Shown here: piece by piece, positions 40,518 through 49,900 of the stretch
Layout of the letters: every line of letters begins with the position of its first letter
How positions within the stretch are numbered: position 1 is the first letter of the stretch
Notes under the pieces: generated by a model
Database searches by the model: none
What the model was told of the DNA's origin: nothing
The model's input: only the letters and a program-made list of their open reading frames with translations
Source of the DNA: a virus
Direction: 5' to 3' (one strand)
DNA: 64,000 nucleotides
Virus record (IMG/VR): IMGVR_UViG_3300027861_000011
Coordinates: 32,001 to 96,000 of that record
Program-made: the position numbers and the translations under genes

Positions 40518-41006
40518 ATGGCTGATTTATTAATGAAAATGCCTGTTCCTTACGAACCAAAGAAGAAGAACAGATGGCTTTTAAGATTCCCAGCGGATTT
40601 AGGAATTCAAGAGTGGTGGTTAGCGTCTGCTTCAAGACCATCTATAACACAAAATGAGGTTGAGATACCTTTCCTTAACACATCTACATGGGTAATTGGT
40701 AGATTTACATGGGAATCTATTTCAGTAACATTTAGAGACCCTATTGGACCTTCTGCTGCACAAGCAATTATGGAGTGGGTTAGACTTCAATCAGAGTCAA
40801 TTACAGGAAGACAAGGTTATGCAGCTGGATATAAGAAAGATGTAGAGCTTGAAATGCTTGACCCAACTGGTGTTGTGATTGAGAAGTGGGTACTACAAGG
40901 TACAATGCTTACAAATGTTAACTTCGGTGATTTATCAATGGATGATGATGCGATAGCTGATATCACTGCTGATTTAAGATTCGATAGAGCAATATTACTA
41001 TTTTAG
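40518..41006 (+). CDS. tail tube protein, gp19-like
   Basis: YEPKKKNRW, RPSITQNEVEIPFLN, WESISVTFRD, YKKDVELEMLDPTG, FGDLS. Confidence 0.9.
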   Translation: MADLLMKMPVPYEPKKKNRWLLRFPADLGIQEWWLASASRPSITQNEVEIPFLNTSTWVIGRFTWESISVTFRDPIGPSAAQAIMEWVRLQSESITGRQGYAAGYKKDVELEMLDPTGVVIEKWVLQGTMLTNVNFGDLSMDDDAIADITADLRFDRAILLF

Positions 41007-41037
41007 TAAATATTTAATTTTAAGACACTTATTAAAA

Positions 41038-41112
41038 TATACGGACTTAGGACCGTTATAGCTTCGGCTATTTAAAACACTCATACATATCGCTATCTAT
41101 GAGTGTTTTTTT
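41038..41112 (+). ncRNA. candidate structured RNA ending in a terminator-like hairpin
   Basis: ACGG..CCGT; ATAGC-TTCG-GCTAT; AAAACACTCATA-N12-TATGAGTGTTTT followed by a T run. Confidence 0.5.
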
Positions 41113-41205
41113 ATGCTTTAAATTTTAATTTTTTGTAAAACTTTACTTCATATATTTATTTAGTAAATTAATAACATAAATAATTTTATAAAAAAACGTT
41201 TTAAA

Positions 41206-42372
41206 ATGAGTAATAAAAAACCAAGTGTATTTCCTACGCAAGACCAAATTTCTTATGCTAATGAAACTGGTGAATTAATTTCAAATCAGTTAGAGGAAGA
41301 AAATGTTGTACAGTCAACATCTGGAAGTGATGCTGAAGCAATGGCTGCCGCTGAAATGAAAAAAAGAACTGATGACCAATTAAGGATGAGAGAAGAGAAT
41401 CTTAAAAAGAATGAAGAGATTTCTAGACAGATAGATAATAAAAGAGAGAATCAGATGAGTGAGAAACAACCTTATAATTGGGATAAAGAATCTAAAGAGC
41501 TTCCAACAGAAGGTAATAATAATAATAATCATAATTACTATGGTGGTAATGGTAATGACGGTGGTAATAATAATAATACAGGTATGAATAGTGAACAACC
41601 AAAAAGTAATCATAATGTTTATATTGAACAATTAAGTAAACCTCAAATGAATCAACCATTTGACCTTATTCCTTTACCATCTGAAGGTAAAATGTATCCA
41701 GGAGTTAAAAAGAATATTAAAGTTGCATTTCTTACAACTGCTGATGAAAATATTCTTACATCTCCTAATCTAGTTGAGAGTGGTGAGTTTTTAGAAATAC
41801 TTATTAATAGAAAATTACTTGAACCAAATTTAAGATATAGAGATTTATTACCAGGTGATAGAGATGCTATTATGATTTGGCTTAGAGCAACTGGTTATGG
41901 TGAAATGTATCCAGTTACATTATATGATAATAAAAATGAAACATTCGATACTGAAGTTAATCTTTCAGAATTAAAAACTATTAATCTTAATGTTAATCCA
42001 GGTACTGATGGTTTGTTTGATTTTGAGTTACCATTATCTAAGAATAAGCTTAAACTTAAATTACTTACAGTTGGTGATGTAGAGGATTTACAAGAAATTG
42101 TTAAAGAAAATGAAGATAATCTAATTAATGAAGAACAAACACTTATACTTGAGAATCGAATTGTTTCGGTTAATGGTAATAAGGATAGAATATTTATTAA
42201 AGAATTTGCGGCTAATATGAGGGTTATTGACGCACAAAAATTAAGAGAATTTATGTCTAAAATAGAATGTGGCGTTGATATGACAATCGAGGTTAGGTCT
42301 CCTGGGGGTGAGACCATAAAAACGTTTCTTCCCCTTACAACAAAGTTTTTTTGGCCTAACTCAGAGTTATAA
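41206..42372 (+). CDS. tail/baseplate assembly chaperone, gp26-like
   Basis: IPLPSEGK.Y, FLTTADENILTS, GDRDAIMIWLR..GYG, DAQKLR; ends FFWP; lies between tube and tape measure. Confidence 0.75.
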   Translation: MSNKKPSVFPTQDQISYANETGELISNQLEEENVVQSTSGSDAEAMAAAEMKKRTDDQLRMREENLKKNEEISRQIDNKRENQMSEKQPYNWDKESKELPTEGNNNNNHNYYGGNGNDGGNNNNTGMNSEQPKSNHNVYIEQLSKPQMNQPFDLIPLPSEGKMYPGVKKNIKVAFLTTADENILTSPNLVESGEFLEILINRKLLEPNLRYRDLLPGDRDAIMIWLRATGYGEMYPVTLYDNKNETFDTEVNLSELKTINLNVNPGTDGLFDFELPLSKNKLKLKLLTVGDVEDLQEIVKENEDNLINEEQTLILENRIVSVNGNKDRIFIKEFAANMRVIDAQKLREFMSKIECGVDMTIEVRSPGGETIKTFLPLTTKFFWPNSEL

Positions 42373-42625
42373 AGAAAAACTATTAGAAGAAATATATGTT
42401 TGCATTAAACATTTAGGTATGACTTATCAAGATGTTTTAGCAGCACCGACTTATGAGAGACGTTTCTTTCTTTTATCTTTTATTAATGAAGGGGAAAAGA
42501 AAAAACAGAAATACGAAGAAGAAAGAGATGCGGCTACTAATAGTAATGCTAAAGGGAGTAGAACCACAAGAGTGAGTGGTGACCAATTAAAATCAAAATT
42601 AAAGAGTGGAGAGATACCTGGCTAA
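42353..42625 (+). CDS. +1-frame extension of the chaperone (GT-like); track ORF 42419..42625 is its ATG-delimited part
   Basis: +1 frame open from 42320 with no ATG/GTG/TTG until 42419; T7 run at 42346-42352. Confidence 0.65.
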   Translation, partial: GLTQSYKEKLLEEIYVCIKHLGMTYQDVLAAPTYERRFFLLSFINEGEKKKQKYEEERDAATNSNAKGSRTTRVSGDQLKSKLKSGEIPG

Positions 42626-42645
42626 TTATTTAGTTAGGTATTTTT
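42615..42645 (+). terminator. intrinsic terminator
   Basis: TACCTGGCTAA-ttat-TTAGTTAGGTA followed by TTTTT. Confidence 0.7.
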
Positions 42646-42682
42646 CGTTCTAGGAGATATTTATATATAAAACAATCTTAAT

Positions 42683-44143
42683 ATGAAGGTAGTAATCAAT
42701 GAATCGCAGTATAATAAACTATTTAATAAAACTAAAACTAAGTTAGTAATAGATGAATCTCAATATAATAGACTTTTTAATAAGACTAAAACTAAGTTAG
42801 TAATAACTGAAAGTCAGTTCAATACCCTTATGGTTGAGGCTGAGATATCAAAATCACTAAAAAATGTTAAAACAGGTGATTTATTACAAATAACTAAAGA
42901 AAATGGTAGCGTATATCATTTTAAGGTTGTTGAATCTGTTATGGGTGGTTCAATTTATATGGTTAGTACTGATAATGGAACTTTAAAAGGTTTCTATATT
43001 CTTATAAATGGTGCTACTAGTTTTCAAAATAAAGAATTAAGATATCAATTTAAAAAAATAGATGAAATAGAAGACGAATCTAAAATATATAAGGAATCCC
43101 CTAGTTGGAAATTTTCAACTATTAAAGCTATAACAAAATTTGAAGTGTTTAATTCAAATCAATCCCCTAAATTTAATGTTGATATTAAAACGGGTGAACC
43201 TAAAAAACCTAAAGAAGAGAAAGAAAAATTTAAAGGTAGTGAGTCTACACCAGAAAAAGAAGAGTTAATGAAGTATTTAATGAATATGACAGAGGGTAAG
43301 GATTACACTTTTAAGTTAAAAAATGGTAAAGAATTAGCTTTTAATGTTCAGACTGTTGAGCTTAAGAATATTGGTATGGAATTAATGAGTGCTGATGGTG
43401 ATTATAGTTTTGATGTTGGTAAAACTTTTAATCTAGAAGTTAAGAATGAAAATATTTTTTTTAAAAGTGATGGTGATTATGATATTCAATTAACAATGTA
43501 TTTAGGTGGTGAAGAAGAAGGTGCTGATGTAATTGATTCTAAGAGTAAAAAGGTAGAAATTAAAGGTATTTATGATATTGAAGAAAAGGGTGTTAATAAG
43601 GAAGAAGAAGAAGATGATACCTTTGATTATGAAGAATTAAAGGCTAGAATGGAAGATGACCAAGTATTAAAAGATATTATTCAAACAAGACCAAGTGCTG
43701 CATTAGAACTTATTCGTGTGTCTAGGAAATTGGGAGTTATACCAGCAAGTGATAGACTTGCTAAATGGGGGTTAGGCGTTAATAATGATACACTTAGTTA
43801 CAATGGTAAGAAATTCTTAGCTAATAAAAAATTAATAATAAAATTTATTGGTGATGGAAAGATAAAAGATACTAAAAATCAAGAAATATTAAATGATTTT
43901 AAAAATAAATTATTATCAAAAAATAGTGAGGTTGGTGTTAAGGTTGCACCATATAGACAGGGTGATAAACATACAACATTAAATGGTGGAATTGATAAAT
44001 TAGTATATAAATTAGAAGTTCAAAGTGAAGTGGAGGATAAAAAAGATACTTATATAGTTAATGTAAAGTTAACTAATAAAGATACTAAAGTACCATTTAT
44101 ATTAGCTTCTTATGAAATAAAAGTTGAGAATTATAACGCATAA
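42683..44143 (+). CDS. hypothetical Lys/Glu-rich protein with a triplicated N-terminal motif
   Basis: KxVIxESQ(Y/F)N three times at an 18-aa period; TATTTATA at 42658. Confidence 0.7.
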   Translation: MKVVINESQYNKLFNKTKTKLVIDESQYNRLFNKTKTKLVITESQFNTLMVEAEISKSLKNVKTGDLLQITKENGSVYHFKVVESVMGGSIYMVSTDNGTLKGFYILINGATSFQNKELRYQFKKIDEIEDESKIYKESPSWKFSTIKAITKFEVFNSNQSPKFNVDIKTGEPKKPKEEKEKFKGSESTPEKEELMKYLMNMTEGKDYTFKLKNGKELAFNVQTVELKNIGMELMSADGDYSFDVGKTFNLEVKNENIFFKSDGDYDIQLTMYLGGEEEGADVIDSKSKKVEIKGIYDIEEKGVNKEEEEDDTFDYEELKARMEDDQVLKDIIQTRPSAALELIRVSRKLGVIPASDRLAKWGLGVNNDTLSYNGKKFLANKKLIIKFIGDGKIKDTKNQEILNDFKNKLLSKNSEVGVKVAPYRQGDKHTTLNGGIDKLVYKLEVQSEVEDKKDTYIVNVKLTNKDTKVPFILASYEIKVENYNA

Positions 44144-44163
44144 AAAAAATTAAACTATAAGTA

Positions 44164-46689
44164 ATGGCGAAGGAAGATGACATGAAGAACATATGGGATG
44201 GAATGAAAGCGGAGCAGCGTAAGATTAATGCTGCCGCTAAAGAGCTTGAAAAAGGACTTGGTAAGCAAGTCGAGATGCAACGTGATATCCTTAGAACTAA
44301 ACAAGACATTGCACATATAGCTAAGAAAAATGCAGTAATTGAAGAGCAATTAGCAGAAGACTTAAAAGAAAGAAAAGTTTTACAAGATAAAATGTTAGTA
44401 GCTCAACAAAATGGTGATAAGAAGGCTAAAAAGGCTGCACATGATAGACTTATATTACTTAGAAAAGAAATTAAATTAAAAAAAGAAAGTTTAGGAGTAG
44501 GTAAAGAAGAATTAAAAGACGCTGAAAAAGGTCTTGAATTAATGCAAAAAAGCGTTAAACAAAGTAATTTACTTAAGTCTAGTGCTAGGTCAGTAGGTAA
44601 GGCTATGAAGACTTGGGGTTGGGATAAACTTAAGTCTTGGGGTGTGTTTGAAATGGATAAAGCTATCCGTGATAGTGCTAAAAGTATGGGTGTTGGCGCT
44701 AAGGGTTTTGAATCTTTCTCTAGTAGTATAAGTGTTGCTTCTGAGAAAACTATAATGATGGGTGCTGGGATAAAGGACTTAGCTAAAATGCAAGGTGGTT
44801 ACAGTAAGGAGATTGGGAGGTCAGTTCGATTAACTGAAGAAGGTATGATAGCTATGGCTGAAATGGCTGAAGGTACTGGTCTTGGTGCGGAATATGCTAT
44901 AGGTATGGCTGCTGGTATGGATGATTTTGGTGCTAGTGTTGAAACATCAAGAGATTTAGTACAGGAAACTCTTGATATTTCTGGTGAAATGGGGGTTAAT
45001 AGTGCAGCAGCTGCTGAAGGTCTTAAAAAGAGTCTTAAATTAGCTCAAAGGTTCCACTTTAAGGGTGGTGTAAAAGGACTTGCTAAAATGGCTAACGAGG
45101 CCGCTAGACTTAAGTTAGATATGGATGGTATTGCTGGTCTTGCTGAAAAGGTGTTTAGACCAGAGGGAGCTGTTGAAATGGCAGCTAAGTTACAAACTAT
45201 GGGTGGAGCGTTTGCTCAAATGGCTGACCCTATGCAATTAATGTTTAAAGCTAGAAATGATTTTGAAGGATTTTCTAAAGATATTGGTAAGGCTACATCT
45301 GAATTTGTTGAATTTAATAAAGAACAGGGTATATTTGAGGTTAAAGGTGGTTTAGCTGCGGATAGAATGAGGGAGATATCAACTATTACTGGTATTGGTG
45401 TTGAAAAGTTACAAGAAATGGCTGTTCAACAAAAGAAAATTGAAGCTATTGGTTCTATATCACCATTTAATTTTGATAAAGATGAAAAAGCATTAGTGGC
45501 TGGTATGGCTGATATGAAGGATGGTGAATGGCAAGTTAGTATTGATGGTCATGCTAAACTAGTTAAAGATTTAAATAATAATGATTTGAAAAAACTTAGA
45601 TTAGAACAACAAAATCTTGATGAGAGAGCTGAACAATCTAGAACATTTCAAGATGTAATGATGGATGTATGGGAACAAATACAAAGTATTTTATTACCAT
45701 TCGCTCAAGCACTTAAGAAAAATCTTGGTGGGCCAATACAAGATTTTATTAAAACGTTATCTGATGGTGGTAAAGATAGTTTTATTGGTAGTATTAAGTC
45801 GTGGGTTAAATCAATTGCTGAATTAGTTACTAGTGTAGGTAAATGGATTATGGATAACCCTATAAAAAGTGTATTAGCTGTTGCGTTATTTAAAACGGCT
45901 GGGTGGATAGCTAATGGTTTAGCTTTAGCTACTGGATTTAACTTAGGTGCTAGAATGGGTGGTGGTATGGGTATGGGTCGTGGTATGACGGGGCCTGGTG
46001 CTGGGTTTGGTGCAGCAAGGTCTAGAGCTGGAATTACAAGAGGTGTTAATGGACAAATGGTTAGAGGTAGACCAGGTATGAGTACTGGTGCAAAAATGGG
46101 AGCTGGTCTAGGATTAGGTATAGCTGGGATGGGCTTAGATTATGCTAGAAGCACTATGGATGACCAAGAAAGTAGAGGTGCTAAGGCTTTAGGTGTTGGT
46201 TCTTCTGCATTGACGGGCGCAGCATTTGGTATGATGTTAGGGCCTGTTGGTGCTTTAGTTGGTGGTTTAGCTGGAGCTGCTTATGGTGCTTTTAAGGAAT
46301 ATGGTGGGGGCGATGGTTTTGAAGAAACAGATAATACTACTGCTGATATGAGTTCATTATATAGTAAAACTAGTGAAGTTAACGATGCTATTATAAAGTT
46401 TAACCCAAGAGATAAGTTCACAACAGTTAACGATGCGATTATAGCTTCAACAAGTCAGAATCAATTAAATACTGCCACTAAAAAACTTACTGGAGGTGAT
46501 AGTAATAGTGAAACTAAAGTTAAGATTGATGATGTTAAGGCTGATTTTAACTTTAACTTTAATGGTATTGATAATGAAATAGGTAAAATGTTATTAGCTA
46601 ATAACCAATGGGTAAATAAATTAAATACAGTACTACATGAAGTTAGTAGGACTTCTTTATCATATAAATTAAGTCCACAACCTATATAA
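44164..46689 (+). CDS. tape measure protein
   Basis: Helical coiled-coil N-terminus, Ala/Gly-rich body, hydrophobic GALVGGLAGAAYG segments, position before the hub. Confidence 0.8.
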   Translation: MAKEDDMKNIWDGMKAEQRKINAAAKELEKGLGKQVEMQRDILRTKQDIAHIAKKNAVIEEQLAEDLKERKVLQDKMLVAQQNGDKKAKKAAHDRLILLRKEIKLKKESLGVGKEELKDAEKGLELMQKSVKQSNLLKSSARSVGKAMKTWGWDKLKSWGVFEMDKAIRDSAKSMGVGAKGFESFSSSISVASEKTIMMGAGIKDLAKMQGGYSKEIGRSVRLTEEGMIAMAEMAEGTGLGAEYAIGMAAGMDDFGASVETSRDLVQETLDISGEMGVNSAAAAEGLKKSLKLAQRFHFKGGVKGLAKMANEAARLKLDMDGIAGLAEKVFRPEGAVEMAAKLQTMGGAFAQMADPMQLMFKARNDFEGFSKDIGKATSEFVEFNKEQGIFEVKGGLAADRMREISTITGIGVEKLQEMAVQQKKIEAIGSISPFNFDKDEKALVAGMADMKDGEWQVSIDGHAKLVKDLNNNDLKKLRLEQQNLDERAEQSRTFQDVMMDVWEQIQSILLPFAQALKKNLGGPIQDFIKTLSDGGKDSFIGSIKSWVKSIAELVTSVGKWIMDNPIKSVLAVALFKTAGWIANGLALATGFNLGARMGGGMGMGRGMTGPGAGFGAARSRAGITRGVNGQMVRGRPGMSTGAKMGAGLGLGIAGMGLDYARSTMDDQESRGAKALGVGSSALTGAAFGMMLGPVGALVGGLAGAAYGAFKEYGGGDGFEETDNTTADMSSLYSKTSEVNDAIIKFNPRDKFTTVNDAIIASTSQNQLNTATKKLTGGDSNSETKVKIDDVKADFNFNFNGIDNEIGKMLLANNQWVNKLNTVLHEVSRTSLSYKLSPQPI

Positions 46690-46723
46690 TTTATTATTAT
46701 TTAAAAAATAAATTATATAAATC

Positions 46724-46754
46724 TTGACTTTATAATTTTAAAATAGTATTTTTG
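46724..46754 (+). promoter_or_regulatory. Bacteroidota-type promoter pointing into the AT repeat array
   Basis: TTG(46724)-N20-TATTTTTG(46747-46754). Confidence 0.55.
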
Positions 46755-46783
46755 ACTTATATATATAAACAGAGGATTGAAAG

Positions 46784-46893
46784 TATAATACATATATAAT
46801 AGATATATAATAGATATAATACATATATAATAGATATATAATAGATATATAATAGATATAATAGATATAATAGATTATATATAATATATATAG
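46784..46893. repeat. non-coding ATATATAATAG / ATATAATAG tandem array
   Basis: About 9 consecutive 11- or 9-nt units, no ORF. Confidence 0.9.
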
Positions 46894-46996
46894 TAATTTT
46901 AGTAATTTAGTATATATTCCCCTAATTCCAAGACTACAAGTATTTATTTTATTATAATTTTGATTAGCATAGTATTTATATATAAAAAGAGTTACT

Positions 46997-49900
46997 ATGC
47001 CAAATTCTATAAATTCGTTATCACCAGATTTAAGAGATTATTTACTAAATAGAAATATTATTAGTGATACTATAACTTCTAGTGGTTTAGATACTCTTCT
47101 TCAAGGTATTGGTATACCTTCAGAAATTAGCCATTCCCCAGAATCTGTACAACCATCAGAGAATATTGAGGTTGATGGTGTATTCTATAAAGATTTAAAT
47201 GTAATCATAAATAAATACCAAGGTTCTGATGATGATTATGAAAAAGTAAGTATAAATTATTTACCAGGTAACACTAACTCAACATGGGCTGGTATTCCTT
47301 TTAATCATGAGTCATATAAACCTGGTGTAGCACAGTTATTCGATTATACAGAGACTAATGTTCCAGCTAATGGACCATTCCAAGGTGGGAACATTAGAGA
47401 ATTTAATACAACTAAGAACAATTTTTTAGATGTAAGTAAACAAACTAAGATAGATTTTAATACTCAACCTGTTCCATCGTATCAAATTGGTTCTTATTTA
47501 GATGAATATGGAGCACTTAATGTAGGTGGTGCTGATACTCAAACATTAGATGTTCTTGGTAGTATTTTAAATGGTGGTGGTGTAGGTTTTGACCCTAATG
47601 GGGGTGGAGTTGTTCCAGATTTTGATGTTAGGTCTTCATTAGTTGGTAGAGCTCTTAACGCTGGTGGTGCAATCAATGATACAAAATTAGGTACATTAGC
47701 TGTTAAGTATTTAGCAGCATCAATTGGTAATAGTGTCGCAATGAATCTTCAAGAGGAAACAATTGGTAGAATAAACCTTAATCCATTAAGTCTTTTAAAA
47801 GGAAATAATATTATAGTTCCAAATTATAATATTACGGTAGCTAAAGGTACACTAGGTAAGATTTTAGATTTAGGTGAAAGAATGCTTGGTTTTGAAACGC
47901 CAGTTAGTCTTTTAGGGCCAGGCTCATCAATATTTAGTAAAGAAAACCCAGTAGGAAATATTGAGAGAGCTCAATCAATGATTTTAAATACTGGTAAAGG
48001 GCAAGTATTAGCTCTTATAGCTAGTCTTGACCAAAACTTATATAAACCACAAATATCAGATGATAGAAAGAAAGAAGGAACAGCACCAACTGGTGAAGAT
48101 GGTACAAATGGTACTCTTTATGCTTTTAACAATGGTGATGGTGGTGTAGTTGATTTATTAAATAGTTCAAATATAGAAGGAGTTACCCCAGCATTTTTAC
48201 CAAATGGATTACCAGACCCTACTTTTATAGCTCAAGTTTCTAACGCTGGTGCTTTCGAATCTGAACATGGTAAGATAACAAGTGAGTTAAATGGTGGATT
48301 TAATGATGAATTTGGTAATTTAACGCATGCTAATTCAAGAAATGATAGTGAAGCTAAATTTATGTGGGCTGATAAAGGAAGTAATAAAACTAACTCTGAA
48401 GGTGCTAGTACGGGTCTTCAAGCATTTGAAGATTTAGGTGTTAAGAAAAGTTTACTAAGTAAAACAAAAGAATTATTTAATAGTAATAAAATGAGAACAC
48501 TTACCTCTGGTCATTATGTTAAAGATGAGAAAATTAGTGAAATTCAAAGTGGTATGCATACCAAATTTTCTGCATCTGGTAAACTATCAAAAGGTAGTGG
48601 TGTATTATCTAAAGGGGTATTAAAAGGTACTGCAACTGATGGTGATAAAATATTTTGTAGAACATGGTCAACATATGATAAATACTCTAGTGTTAATGAT
48701 TTAGTAAGACATAGTGGTTTAAAAAAGAATTTAATGATAAATCCACACGCTAATGTTGATGCATCTGTTTTAGATAAACAAGGATTTCCTCAAATAGGAC
48801 CATATAATGATAGAGTTAATACATCAGTAGATGCTAACGGTAAAAAAGTAAACGTTGAGAATTATATGTTCTCAATTGAGAACTTAGCTTGGTATGGTTC
48901 AGATATGATGAGCTTTTTACCAGATTGTGAAATAGGTCCTGGTGACCCAGTAACAGGTCGTAATGGTAGAATAATGTGGTTCCCACCATATGACATTTCA
49001 TTTAATGAAACAACATCAGTTAGTTTAGAAAGAAATAATTTTATAGGTAGAGGTGAGCCAATATATACATATAATAATACTGAAAGAATGGGAACACTTT
49101 CATGGAAGATTATTATTGACCACCCTAATTATATGAATTTTTTCCCAGAAAATTGGGGTGATAATGAAATAGCTTCATTTTATGCTGGATGTTTAGAAGA
49201 TGAAAAAATAGTAAGAAAAGTATTTACTAGTAATGAAAGAAATGAAATTGAATTAGCCGAGAAACCAATTGTTAAAGAAGTTGTAGATGAAGCTGAACCT
49301 GGAGAACTCACATTTATTGTATATTTTAAAAATGATACGACAGATATATCTACATTATATGAAAATGGTAAAAGAAATAATGCTCCAGACGGAGACCCAA
49401 ATGGTTACATTGAAGATACCGATATAATGGGTTGTTATAAATCAAAACTTAATGATGAAGGAACTGCTTTAGAATGTATTGCTGGATATGGTTTAGGTAC
49501 AACAATAGGTGAAGGTATTGTTGGTTCAAAAGGTAAAGTATATAATGATTTAACTAATTTTGGTCTTAATGGTCAAGACCAACCAATATCATTTAAAGGT
49601 AAAACTCACAGAGGTTGGATGGATGATGATTTTCTCCCAAACTTAAGTGACTATATTTCTAATGAATGTAAATATTGTAAAATAACAATTGAAGGTTATG
49701 CTAGTTCCCAAGGCGCTTCATCTAAGAATCAAAAACTTTCACAAAAAAGAGCTGATAATGTTAAATCTTGGTTAATTAGTAATGTAGTACCTAAAAATGA
49801 TACTGTTAGTCCTGAAAAAAGAGTTGTAATTTCAGAACCAACTGGTAAAGGTGAAACTGAAACTGGATGTACTGGTGAAGGTGGTCAAGATAGAGGAGCT

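Noticed and set aside
41510-41582. Asn/Gly low-complexity tract in the chaperone, and the 42-nt duplication in the SSB tail (about 60968-61045)
   Set aside because: Ordinary slippage in disordered linkers
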